Of a stretch of 64,000 nucleotides of DNA, positions 1 to 14,100 are shown piece by piece. The notes under the pieces were generated by a model. It searched no databases. It was not told the DNA's origin and worked only from the letters and a program-made list of their open reading frames with translations. The stretch's first letter is position 1. Each line of letters begins with the position of its first letter. The translations under genes were made by a program, and so were the position numbers. This DNA comes from Octopus bimaculoides (Eukaryota): NCBI RefSeq assembly GCF_001194135.2, contig NC_068990.1, forward strand, positions 88,551,180 to 88,615,179. The letters are read 5' to 3'.

Positions 1-204
1 TTCTTCACAGAGAGCTTAAAAGATATTTCAGCAGGATCCTTAATCATTTCTTTTCATGTGATATATGTATGTCTGTATCTATGCGGACATCTTCAGTTTG
101 TTACACTCAATATCTTTTATTCTAAATTTGTTATTATCTCCTCATTCTCACCCTCTTCCTAACATACATTCACCATTGATATCAATTTCTATTATCACTT
201 CTAG

Positions 205-375
205 ATATTACAAGAGTTGAATGTGGACCTCCAAAAGATGTTGTTGGTGCAAAGAAGTCCTACACTAACACCTCCTATAAATCTGAAGTGACCTACACAT
301 GTCCAGGAAAAGAAATATTAAAATCGTTATGTAAAGAGAACTCTAAATGGACTCCAGTTGCATCTAATTGTAAAG
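205..375 (+). CDS. Exon S1, Sushi/CCP domain (class a)
   Basis: ctag|AT..AAAG|gtaaat; 171 nt; VECGPPKDVVGAKKSYTNTSYKSEVTYTCPGKEILKSLCKENSKWTPVASNCK (C-x-x-P, YTC, C-x5-W, C). Confidence 0.88.
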
Positions 376-2121
376 GTAAATAGGTTCTCTCTTGTTGTCT
401 TTGCCTACGTATTTTTGTTTAATTATTTTGTCAAATATTTTTGTCAGGGGAAGAATAGTTGAATCCATGACAATTTCCATTGTATTTGTGGCTGGTTTGA
501 GGGAGAGCGAAAGCTAAGCTCAGACCAGATAACTTCCCAAACATTTGTGACAGAGTGAACTTCATTGAAACTATCCAAGGATCAGGTAATGGTATTAATT
601 TTGGTGATGGATTAAACACGCCAGCCAAGAACAGCAAATGAGGAATCTTGTTCTCTCCAGCAGGCTTCTACTAGTTTCTGACCATTATATTTCATTCGCA
701 AGGCTTAGTTGTAAAGTAGATATTTAGCCATGCTACCACAAGTCCAGACAGTACCACATTAAGTTAATTTTTTTTCTACATTTACCTTTGTTCTTTATAC
801 ATTAGAAATTATTATTGTTGTTGTTGTTTTTGTTGTCTGCATTTTTGCATTTGTCTCAATTTTACTTTAATTCCAGTTACTAAGCTCCATTTTGTGAAAG
901 TAAAAGGTGCAGTTCTTGATACACCTAAGAAAACCTTGTGGGATAAGAAAAATGTAACAGCAGATGCGTGTGCACAAAAATGTCTATTTTATGCAGATTG
1001 TTTAATGTTTGAAATAGACAAAGGAAGTAGAACATGTTACTTCTCAAAGCAAAGTGCAGCTTCCTCCAAGAAATTAAAACCAATGAAAGGCAGAGATTAC
1101 TACCAACGAATAAAATGTAATTATTCTACGTGTTTCTCTTTACCTCTTTTTCTGAAATCTGTGATTTCATTTGTACTTCATAGTGTACAGAAAACCACTT
1201 CTGCAAAGACAGACAGGTTTATCTATAAGGACAGACATAAGTATATTCCAGAAATAAGCAACTTTACGAACTGTAATAACAGCCATTATTCATTTTGAAC
1301 ATTTTAAGCATGTTTTCAGTTGCTTCTTTCTCTGTGTGTAAGCAAGGAAATTCTTGTTATTTTACTTAAACCTGAGTAGTAGTAGTAGTAGTAGTAAGTA
1401 GTAAGTAGTAGTAGAGCTGGCTCAAGACAAACACCATGTCCATGGTGTTTTGGTTTGTTCTAAAACAACAGTAGTTCTCAGAGAGATGATCCACAGCAAT
1501 GGTCAATATATAAAACCACTCCATAATGAGTAGTATTCAGGCCAGGATCTTTCGTGTGATGGCAGGGTAATGCCTCTGTGATTGGAGCTTTGTAACTTTT
1601 TTCCTTATTCTTATAAAGAGTGATGTTGACTGCATTTTTGATGTCTGGAGGAAGTATACCATGCTCCCAGAATTATTCAAAAATAGGTTGTCCTTTTAAA
1701 ACTAATTATGCATCAGATGCTATATGACATTTAATGTGTCTGAGTATGAAATGTATTCCTTGTTTTCTTCCTTTTTCCTTTCTAGCGCATGATGAGATTT
1801 TACCAATTAAAAGCACTTCCATACCTGGGCAGGATACTTTTGGACAGCTGGAAAACGTGAGCTTAAAGGAGTGTGATAAAGTTTGTCATCAAACTCCAGG
1901 ATGTAAATCTTATGAGTATAAGGAAAAAGCTAAGACCTGTGATCGAAGTAATGCAACTCACTTGACACATGACCTTGAGCCCAATAAAGAGGGTTGGGAT
2001 ACTTACATCATTAGCCCAGGTCAGTAGAGTTTTTTAATTTTATTTATTGTGTGTTGCCACATATATGTGTGTGTTTGTGTGTACTTACACGTACATACAT
2101 GTGCATACAATATGCATACAT

Positions 2122-2153
<32 letters not shown>

Positions 2154-5100
2154 TTAACATCTATTTTTTATGCTGGTAGGGGTTGGCTGGTTTGACAGGA
2201 GCTGGTAAGGCCAAGAATTACACAAGGCTCCATTGTCTGTTTCACATGGTCTCCAAGTTATTAAGATAAAGGGAGCAGGTGAGTGAGGGGAGGAAATAAA
2301 CTGAGCGAGGTGTGAATGAATAGGGGTATGTAGTATGAGGCTACTTTGCTTTCAGGTGATAGAGAAGTGATGAGTGTTAGGGGATGAAGTGTGGGGGCAA
2401 GGTAGACAGGTCAGAGAGGATGGCAGTAGGGGAGGAACAGAGTCCCTCATGGACAAGCATTACCTTGGTGATTTTAAGATATCAATTTTGCTATGGTGGA
2501 TGGGTCTTCTGGAGGTGCCAAATATCTCGGTCCTATGCAATTTCCTTCATTAGGCTCAACTTCTTTATGCAGCTGTCTACATCCATACACACCACATGAT
2601 GAAATCAGTGCTTGCACACTGCATCTAATTGTTTTTATGCCTGACTTTTCTCTTAATACATGAGTGCTCTGTTGCATATGTACACTGACTTTGCACATCC
2701 AGTGGAGCAACTAACTTCATTCCTCTCAAAAATTGGTTTACATGTAATTTTATCTTAATGTGTGTGTATTCTACATGTAGTAAATGTAGACACTCACAAC
2801 TCTATATAGTAAGCCAAGAAATATTTTGCAGTTAATGGTAAATGGAATATTTCTTGATTTTGAAGTCCATGTAGGTTTGGTTAGTGAAGTACTATTTTTA
2901 TCGTTTAGGTTGCAAAAAGTATGTGTATTTGTGTTTGTGTGTGTGTGCATGCACATGCATGTGTGGTGGTTGTATCATGTTTTGAGGTGGTTTGCTGTAG
3001 ACCCTATATATGTGTGGATATAGTACTTAGTGTAGTATTTGAGATTATGCTTGCACAATAGAATATTGCTTAAGAGACAGTTACATTCTAAAGGGCAGGA
3101 TGAAGAGGTTCTACAGTTGCAGTTGTTGCCATCTTTAGGTTTTGATCCTCAATGCTTCACAGTCTCTTTCTCTCTCCCTCAGCTGTGGTAGCCAAGAATC
3201 CTCTTTTAATAGCATTTCTCACTCAGTTGAAGAGTGTAGCCGTGAGAGTTACTTCTTGACCTCACTGGTACTCATGCCACTAAAAAACACCCTGTATATT
3301 CTGTAAGGACATGTTTTCACAAAAGATTGGAAATGAATGACACTCCTTGCATGAGAGTGACAGTGAGTAGATATGTATGTCTATGCACATGCTCACTTAT
3401 TTGCTTGTATATGTTCATATAATATATAGGTATATAGGCATGTGTTGTAAATATATATATATATAAGATTATAAATTTCTTCAGTTTCTTTCACTCAATA
3501 TTATTCTCTAAATTTTTCGCGTGTGTGTATATATTGACCAGACATACATTTTATTTCATTAGGCATTATGTTACTAATAACCTATTGCTAGAACTCAAAA
3601 TATTTTGTTCCAAAGCATATGTATATTGAATTATATACATATGTATGTATATATGTATGTTTGTATGTTTATGAATATATAAATAAATATATGCATATAT
3701 TTGTATGCATATTCATACGTACAAGTATATATATAAATGTTTATGTTCGTATGTATGTATTTATATCTTCAATTTTATTCATTCATTATCTACATCTCAC
3801 CTTCCTCCTAACAAACACACTCCATTGGTATCAATTTCTCTTATCAATCCCAGATTTCTATAATACTGACTGTGGACCTCCAAAAGAAGTTGTTGATGCA
3901 GTGAAGACCTACAAAACCACCACTTATAAATCTGAAGTGTCCTATACTTGCCCAAAAGGAGAACAACTGAAGTCAACATGTGGAAAGGACAACAAATGGA
4001 CTCCAGTAGCATCTGCTTGTAACGGTAACGTAAATAGCTTCTCTTCTCTTGTCTTTGTCAAAGTAATTTTGTTCCATCTTTGCATGTTAAATGTCTTTGT
4101 CAGAGGAAGACTGAGTCCATAATAGTTTCCATGATGTTTGTGACAGGTGGGAGAGAGAGGGAAGCTCTCTTCACACCAGAGACCTCTACAAATTCTTACA
4201 AAAGAGTTTAGAGTCATAATTAGGAAAATCAATAAGAATGTGATGTTCATGTCTTTATCAAGGGTTATGTAAAGTGAACTGAACTGGACTGAGAATCAAA
4301 CTGTAATCTTTGGCTTACACCATTCATCCCATATTTATGCTAAAAGAACAACTTGGGAAAAATACTTAGGGCCACTTCCTGCATGGAAAACAAATAGTAA
4401 AGGGGCTACTTGTTCAATGAAAATATTTTTATTAATCAAAATTTCAACCTCATTTCTTGTTAAAATTAGGCTTATTCTGATCATGAAATTAAGAAGAGTC
4501 AGCCTCATAAATAAGAGAGTCAGCCTCATAAATAAGAGAGTCAGCCTCATAAATAAGAGAGTCAGCCTCATAAATATAATCACTTTTTTTTTTTTTTCAT
4601 TTCATTGAAAGTATAACTTTGATAATTTAAAATTTCTTAGCTTGCTACCTTAAGGTGTGAGTGTCCACATTTATTACATATTTATATTTATTCGTTACAT
4701 GATAGTAGAAGGAAAATTATATTGTTTCCTAGGACAAGACATGACAAAATCAGAAAAGTGATGGGTTTTAGCCTTTTCCATAGCTAGTTGCATTTAGTTA
4801 CATCTTTTTACATTCTCAGTTCAAATTCAAACAAGATGTGCTTCGTCTTATTTACTTCTGAGGTTGATAAAACAAGTGCTAGTCAAGTACTGAAGTTTAT
4901 TTATATTCACTACACAGTGTGTGGCCTTGTGTTTGAGTTAGGAACTATCTTCAGTAATATTGTTACCATTAATAATAATTATAATTATTCTTGTTATTAA
5001 GACTGATAGATTGACAGAATCATTTGAGTATCAGACAAAATGTGTTGTGTCATTTTTCTGGCGTTTTAGCTTCAGAGTTCAAATGCAACTGATGTAAGCA

Positions 5101-8100
5101 TTGCTTTTCCAGGGCCAACGAAATATGCTAGTGGTCAGGTGTATAAGTCAATTTCATTGATCAATTTCTACCTCAAAGTTTTGACCTAGATTCTTTGATG
5201 AAAAGTTATTGTTGTTGATATTGTTGCTTATTGGTTTAAATTTTCCTTTAATTCTAGATATTCTGATCCATTTTGTGAAAATAAAAGATGCAGCTCTGGA
5301 TGAAACTGGGAAAACATTGTGGAATAAGCAAGATGTAACAGCAGATGAATGTGCAGAAAAATGTTTGTCAGACCAAAAATGTTTATCATTTGAATTAAAT
5401 AAAGAAAATAGAAAATGTTACTTATCAAACAACGCTGCAAGTTCCTCCAAGAAAATAAAGAAAGCCAAAAACAAAGATTACTACCAACGAGTAAAATGTA
5501 ATTATTCTTTGTTTTATCATTGGAATTCTCTTTCCTTTTTTTCCTGAGATTTGTGATTTCATTTGTACTTCATAGTATGTAGACAGCCAAATCTGTAAAG
5601 ACATTGACAGGTTTACAAATAAGGACAGAAAAAAATGCAATATTAAGAATTGTAAATACTTTTAAGGCATTCTTACTGAGAATTTATTCACCTTGAACAA
5701 TTTTATGCATGCTTTTGATCGTATTTATATGTAAGAAAAGAAAGCGTTCTTATTTTCCTTAAACCTGAATAGTAATAATAGTGGTGGTGGTGGTGGTGGT
5801 GGTGGTGGTGGGAGTAACACTTTTATGCATAGGTTCACTTGCATTTTTATGTAAGAAAAGAAACTTCTTATTTTCCTTACACCTGAGTAGCAGTCGTGGT
5901 GGTGGCGGTGGTGGTGGTGGTGGTGGTGGTGGCAGCAACAGCTACTGTAACATCAGTTTCAGCAGCAACGGCCTTTTCATCATTTATCCATGTTTACCTT
6001 AGTGCTGTTATAGCGCAGTGCTGAGGTAATGCCAATCAATGTAGTTGTGTATTTCCTATATTTTGTCATGGTTAATATTGCAAGATCCCTTTCCTCTCAC
6101 CAACCATTATACCACACAAAGAGAGTACATTTCCACATACCTCTAGAATCAGACCAATTGTCTGCTGGGACAAAAAGAATCCTTGCTGCTTAAAATAAGT
6201 TTCTCTTCAGAATAGTTCCATGGTATGAAGAACAACACAGCAAGCAGCACAACAAGTAGTCCTACCATCTGCTGGAGGATGGTAGAGGTTTGCTCCCCTG
6301 CTTGCAATATATACAGGGTGCAGGTTGCACTGGTAACCAACTGGTGGAGGATCTGCCTAGAGTTAAAACAGTAGTAAAGTCGAACAGCCATATTGATGTG
6401 GCAATAAATGTTTCTCATTATATATAATATATATATAATGAGAATTTTTAACTGAGCTGAAGCTGCAGATGTAACTGCTATATTTATCCTGGGCACCCTC
6501 AAATACAGAGACACTGGCCTAACAATTTCAAGTAATATGAACAATCCCACTATGAATACATTTAGGAAGAATTTAACAGGATTCTTCAAGAAGTTTGATT
6601 TAAACATAAAGATTACTATCAATCTAACTACATTCAAATAACTCACAAATTGTTCCATAAATCACATGAATTCTGTTTAAGGCATCATTTTGTGGATCAA
6701 TTATTTATTTAAAATAAATTGTCCATTCACAAGTCATCTGTCACATGCTTTCCAGTATTTAATGATGTTTGTGGTGCATGTAATGTGTTTGTGATTGATT
6801 GGGTAGGTGGATGAGTATAAAATGTATTCCTTGTTTTCTTTTTCTTTTTCCAGCTGATGTACCTTTGAAGCTTAAAAGAGTTAGTGTACCAAGAATGACT
6901 ACTTTAGGACAACTTAAGAACAAGACCTTGAATGAGTGTAGTGAAGCTTGCTTTCAATATATAGGATGTAGCACTTATCAGTACAATGAGCAAACTAAGT
7001 TGTGTGATCTGAGTAATATGACTCAGTTGAGTAATGAACTTAAACCCAACAATGGAAGTTGGGATATATACATGACTTTGCCAGGTCAGTAGAAATTCTC
7101 CATTTTATTTATTGTATATGTCTTTGTGTATTTATATATACGTATACGAATGTGTATATATTTTTATATACACTAGCAAGGATACTTGATATTGCTTGGG
7201 ATTAACATATGATATGGAAAACATATGATATAAATTTGTGTTCATCATTATTTCTCCTACATTTGCTCTGTTGTATATCATAACAAGTAATACTGCTAAC
7301 TATAATAGTAATCAAACAATTATATTGAAAGTAGACTGAATGAAGATAATCTACAGGGAGGTCTAACTGTACTCACAAAAGATACTACATATATATATTT
7401 GTGCATGTGCATGCAAATATGTTTACTTTGTTCAGTCTTGTATTCTAAATTTGTCATTATCTCCTCTTTCTCACTTTTCTCCTAACATATATACACCAGT
7501 GATATTAATTTCTCTCATATCAATTCCAGTCTTGACAACAATTGACTGTGGACCACCAAAAGATGTTTCTGGTACATTGAGATCTTACAATACGACTTCC
7601 TATGAATCTAACGTAACCTATACTTGTCAAGATGGAGAAATTTTAAAGGCAGCATGTAAAGAGAACAATAAATGGGCTCCAGAAGTGTCTTGTAAAGGTA
7701 ATGTAAATAGGTTCTCTCTTTTTGACTCTGTCTTTGTAATTTTGTTTTAGTTTTGTGTTCAAAGTTTATGTCAGAGAAAGACTAGCTGTGTCCGTGACAA
7801 TTTCCATGGTATTTGTGACTGGTGGGAGGGAGAAGAGAATTCATTCTCAGACCAGAGACCTCCCCAAATTCTTGCAATACAACAGACTTCATTAAAGATA
7901 CTCAAGAGCTGGGTAATGATATTGATTTGGCTGATAGATTAAGTCTTCCACCAAAGAAAGTGTGGAAGTATTTTCTCCCCAGCAGGCTTCTGCTAGTTTC
8001 CTTCCACCAAATGTTATCAACAAAGCTTAGCTGTGGAGCAGATTTTTAGCCACAGAGCCAGAAGTCCAAACAGTGCTACAATATTATGAAGTTGACTTAT

Positions 8101-11100
8101 TACTTCCATAGCTATACCTCAGCTCATTTTGGCAGTTTTTCTCTTAATTTCTAACTTGAACATTCTCATCCATACAGTGTGCCATCATCCAAAATTCTGT
8201 ATAATACATGGCACTGAGTTCTTCTATACTAGAAGTCAGCCATAATCTAAAACAGATTTCTGATTCTCAAATAATATTCCATTCCACCATCCTAAATTAT
8301 AATGAAACAAATAATGATGGTTTCTGATTGGAGGTAAAAAATACAACTTTTATGTTGCAGAAGTTTATTCAACATCATCTGTTCCATTACTTGACTGTTA
8401 TTTTGCGTTCTTGACTACCACAAGAGTGACAGAGAGAGTTGACTTGGTCTGTATTTGTTAACATTTCATCCAATGCTGAAACAAGTATTTATTTATACAT
8501 TTAAAATGCAAATGAGAATGATGATGCCGTCCTTTGGAATGTAGAAGGATCTCTATTTAGGATGATTTGAAGTGCTCCACCATCGTTCTTTACTTCAAGT
8601 ACAAGTGTCCTATCTAATTATTGCTCTCTGACATAGAGGTTTATGCATTGTGGGCCCCCAAATGCTCTCATTCTTCTTACAACTCCGCAATACTTTTGAT
8701 AAATTTTCTTGAGAAGAGTATCTTCTTTTCCATCCTCAACTTCTTGACAAGTAAAACCTTAATAATACAAATTAGGGATTGACCAAAGAGCAAAGTCCCA
8801 ATTACCAGACCTTTGAATCTCATCCACTACACAACCTTTTTTGCTATAGCTACCAGACAGAGGAAAACTACCTTTTGCACTCAGTTAAAGGAGGATGTGG
8901 GGCAATCATCATAATGGAATTTTCTGACAGATTTGAAACACACACAATAGCTGCTGTTTTACATGAATCTATAAGTCAATAATGCCTGGACACTGAATGA
9001 GTGCCTGTAACATTAATTTGTTACTCTGTGCACATCTTGGATGGCACAGTCTGATGGTATATTCATGACTAGATTTTCTTTTGGGTGGGGGACTAGAAGA
9101 GTTCTTTGTTAGCATTGCCAGGAAGTTGCCTGTAGTATTCCCAGACCAAAAACATTTTTGAAACCAACTTGCCACCTCATTTACATGAAAGTCCGGAACA
9201 TTCCTGAGAATATCAGTGCTCTTTCCCCTCCACTAATCTTCAATATATTGTTAGAGTGTAATGCCCACCAATTCCATTACCCAAGTCAGGTTTGACCCTT
9301 TGACCACATTAGATAATCTGGCCTTCCCTTTTTAAGATTGTGGAGGGCCAATAAAATAAAAATACTAGTCAAGTGTAGGAGCCAGTTTAATCAATTAACC
9401 CCTACCTCAAATTTTTGTCCTTTTTGTTTTCTATGTTTGAAATTATTATTACTGTTGATGTTGTTTCCATTTGTCTAAATTTTATTTAATTCTAGTTGCT
9501 CAGATCCATTTTGTGAAAGTAAAAGGTGCAGCTCTGGATGTATCTGGGAAAACATTGTGGAAAGAGAAAAAAGTAACACCAGAAGCCTGTGCAAATGAAT
9601 GTCTGACTGATAAAAAATGTTTATCATTTGAAATAATGAAAAAAAGTGGGATGTGTTATTTATCAAAAGAAACTGCAGCTACCTCTAAGGAAATGAAATC
9701 AGACAAAAGCAAAGATTACTACCAAAAAGTAAAACGTAATTATTCTTTGGGTTTTATCAGTGGAATTCTCTTTCCTTTTTTTCCTGAGATTTGTGATTCT
9801 ATTTGTACTTCATTGTATATAGACAACCATTTCTGAAAAAGTATTGACAGGTTTACCTATGAGGACAGATATTGAAATGTTCATGAAAAAAAGTGTTATG
9901 AAAGTATAGTAAATATTCTTAGGGCATTTTCACACGGAGTTGGTTCACATTGAACACTATTATGCATGTTTTCTAAGGCCCTTAGATTTTGGGTCATTCT
10001 TCCACACCTGAAATTTCTTCTGGAGGTCAGATAGTGATTCAGCTATAAGCACAAGGTAATCAGAGTAGAGGAGCTCTCAGGAGCAGTCAGTTTTAAATTT
10101 CTCTGTTAAGGCCTGGAGGGCTATTATAGACAAGAGGGGGCTGAGAATTAATCCTTGGTGAACTCCTTCCTGTACACTGAATTCATTACTGTACTCATTC
10201 CCAACCTTCACCTTACTGGCAGCATCCCTGAACATAGCTTGTACAGCACCCACTAACCATTCATCTGTCCCTAGCTTCTACATTGACGACTAGATAAGGG
10301 AGTGGGAGACCCTGTCAAAGGCTTTCTCCACCTCAGTGAAAGCCAAGTACAGAAGTTTATTTTTGGCTAAACACTGCTGCTGTTTCCTTACCAGGAATAT
10401 AGCATCAGTCATGCTTCTATAAATCCAAACTGCATCTCATCAACGCTAGATCATCAAGTTTAGATACTCATGTAGAAGTACCATATAGCTGAAAGTTTGA
10501 ATAAAATATCTGAAAGTCATCTGGTTCATTATATTTTAAATGGACAATTTATTATAAAAATACAATCCATCCAAAAATTATTTTTCTGCATGAAATACCC
10601 TTCTCATAATTGATGTAAGTTCTAGTACATCATGAGTCACACATGGAACCTTGCCTCATGGTTTTAGGTTGTAGATAATACATTTGTACACCCCTCTTCT
10701 GATGGTGTGCTTTTGTTTAAGATTAAATGACCACAAGGACACTTCACATGCTGGTTGACATTGTTTTGAATTATGTTTAAATTGTACAAAAGCACACCAT
10801 TAGAAAAGGAAGGTACAAATGGATTACATGCAACTTAAGTTTTGAAACAAGGTTTCAAATGAGTCTGAAGATGTGGATCAATTATTTGTTTATAATAAAT
10901 TGCCAAATCCATGCCAGCAAGGAAAACAGTCAGTGATACTCATTTTTAAAAGAAATTATGCACCAGATGCTGTATAAAATTTAATATGTGTATAAGAGAG
11001 TATAAAATGTACTTTTTGTTTCCTTTCTATTTTTTCCAGCCTCTGATGATCTTTTCACATTTAAAAAAACTTCTATACCAGAGAAGGATACATTAAAACG

Positions 11101-14100
11101 ACTGAAGAACATGAACTTCAAGAACTGTTATGAAGCTTGTTATAAAAATTCAGAATGTCACTCTTTTGAGTATAATAAAAAAGCTAAGCTCTGTGATCAC
11201 AGTAATGCAACTCACTTGACTCATGACCTTCAACCCAATAAAAAGGGTTGGGATACTTACGTCATTAACCCAGGTCAGTAAAATGCTTTCATTTTAGTTT
11301 TTGAGTGTGCACGTGCATGTATATGTTCATGTGTATATACATAAAGATATACATGTTTATAATACACACATGCACACACACATATAAGTGTACATCAGTT
11401 CAAAGGGACCCTGTAGCTCATAGTCAACAGCTTGTTAGCATCTCACATACATGAGGCTTGAATAAAACAATCACAGGAAAAACTAATCAATCAATAAGAT
11501 TTATTAATTTATTTATATTACATTCATTTCATTCCATAAATGACTTTATGAAGTAATTTTGATAAGATAACAGATTCTGCACAACTCCAGGTTCAGTTGT
11601 AACTTACTTTACACAGTATATGATAAATAAACATATGAATAATAAAAATGGACGAATCCATTTAAGTACAACACATGTTTCTGAAGCTGATACATTCACA
11701 CTATAAGTGTGATTACATCATATTAGTATCAAATCAAATTCCACATTGTCTGTTGATGTGGAATTGAAGTATATTCTGACACAATTATACTTATATTTGA
11801 ATTTTTGTTTTGTTTTGCAAATATGTTGTACTTTCTTGCTAAATAAGTCACCTGTAGTTGGATACATGTCACAAATTGAATTGGCTATGACACCACAAAA
11901 GTTGACTTAGAATCAGTTTAACAGATTCTATCAGTTGGTGCTATTAAGTTACACGTGACAAAAGAGTAGTTAATAGACCTAATGCAGTGACCAGGCTCTC
12001 AAATTGTCTTAAGTATTGTGATCAGGGCAATCAAGGATAGGAAGGTAGGAAAAGCAGCTGGTTCATCAGGAATCATTACTGTTAGGCTTAAAATATCTGG
12101 CAAATTGGATTACAGGCTAGTTACTAAAGTAATACAGGAAAAATCATAAACAATGATTAGAGTAGCCTCAACTACTACAAATACAACAGTGATGCACTAG
12201 AGAGAGGAGACCACAGAAGAATCAGATTTTTATTAATGTTATGACAGTGACAGAAAGGGTAATTTATTAAGAACAAGAATAGACTGCATAAGACGCTTTA
12301 TGCTGTGTTCCTAGTGAAAGTTGTTGAAATATTTAGCTAACAGCAAACTCCTATATTTAGCATTGATCAATATAGAGAAGGCCTTGATCAGAGTCACATG
12401 TTCTGTGGTTTTATAAGCAAGGTAGGAATAGATGGATGTCTTATGAAGGCCATACAGTCTTTGGACGGAGGTGCATTCAGCAAAGTGAGAGTCAGTGATA
12501 CGTCCCACAATGCATTTGCAATACCAGTGCTGATACCTGTTGGCTTGCAGGTGGGATACTCTGTTGGCTTTCAGAGGAAATCAGCTCCATGTGTACATCT
12601 TGCAAGATTCTGATAACAACTAGAAAATTCCACAAAACAGTGATATTGACGGACATTAAACGATGATGATAATGATTTTAATACAGTTTACAAGTAACAC
12701 TATACTTATTTAAGTAGAATTTGACTAATTTGCTCTTTTAGATACAGAAAAAAGTGACTAATTAGACAAACTTACATTTTAGCTGAACAGTTTTGTACTA
12801 TAAATTTAAAAGATGAGAACTGTCAAGAGTGATAAATTAGAAGAACTGGCATTCTTTGCTGCAATATTTTAAGTAAAAAGTTTCTTATTCTTTACTTTAC
12901 TTGAAGTAATAGTTTGTCCTATACTTTTACAGGTATAATAACTTGTCCTGTAGTTTTCCATGTTTATAATCTTAAGAATATTACTTTTCATGCTTGCATT
13001 TTTCAATGTAATACACATATGTTTCTATATGTGTGAGCAATTTTCTTCAAATTGATTCACATATTGATTTGTTTTAACCTTGTCATAATCTCCTCATTGT
13101 CACCCTCCTCGTAAAATGCACACACCAATGTATCAATTTCTGTTTTCAATTCCAGCTCATGACAAAATAAACTGTGCACCACCAAGAGAGATTGTTGGTG
13201 CATCAAAGTACTACAGTTCCACCACCTACAGAAGTGAAGTGACCTACACATGTCCACATGGAGGCAAACTAAAGTCAAAATGCGGAAAGGACTATAAATG
13301 GACTTCAGTAAATTCTACCTGTGAAGGTAATGCAAATAGCTGCTCTCTTTTTGTCTCTGTCTATGTGATTTTGTTTTATTTTTATGCTAAATGTCTTTGT
13401 CTAACTCTATGGCAATTTCTACAGTGATTGTGGGTGGTGGGAGGTAGGAAGGAAGCTTTCCTCAGATCGGAGACCTCTTCAAATGCTTGCAACAGAGTGG
13501 ACATCATCAATTCTACCGAAGGGCCAGGTATTAAAATGGATGATGGATTAAGTCTGCCAACCAAATAGGAGAAATGCAGAAGTTTCTCCTTTCAGCAGGC
13601 TTCCACATAGCTTTCAGCTACCAAATTTCATCCTTTGTTGCGGAGCAAATTTTTAACCACATAAGCAAGACTCCACCCAGGACCACAGAGTTGTGAAGTA
13701 ACCCCAGAAATAGGGTTAAAATTTAAAAGATCAATATATAGGGCGTTTGCTGGAAAATCCAATTTCTGTGTGTCCTTAGTGTTTATTGTTCCTCCACATC
13801 TGCCACATACAAGACTACTTTCTCTGTTAATCTTCCCATAGTTCTACTACTGCACCTCTCATATGTCCATATCTTGCACTGAGTATATCATATGGAATTC
13901 CTACCAATGCCTTTCCTACTCATTTAGCAGGGTACACACACATAATTTACATGCAACATTGATGTCAATTTCTGTTTTCAATTTCAGCTTATGAAGACAT
14001 TGACTGTGGAAATCCAAAAGACATTGCTGGTGCCACAAACTCCTATGAAACCACCACCTATAAATCTGAAGTGACCTATACTTGCCCAGAGGGAGAACAA

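Noticed and set aside
1107-1122. Alternative phase-0 donor CGA|GTAAAA and a fifth Cys (KCNYS) in A exons
   Set aside because: That GT is absent in A1, A6 and A10, whereas GTAATT is present in all 13 copies and gives phase 1; the apparent Cys spans the donor
4335-4608. Repetitive ORFs MRLTLLF / KRVSLIN
   Set aside because: Translation of a 21-bp intronic minisatellite
5228-5440. Recurrent minus-strand ORFs overlapping A and S exons (MINIF..HPELHLL; CPFHILT..YRSLQIYRWW)
   Set aside because: Antisense shadows of the conserved + strand exons; no independent splice or start signals
6412-6444. 15-bp perfect palindrome arms around a TA run
   Set aside because: Mostly (TA)n self-complementarity; single occurrence, not conserved in paralogous introns
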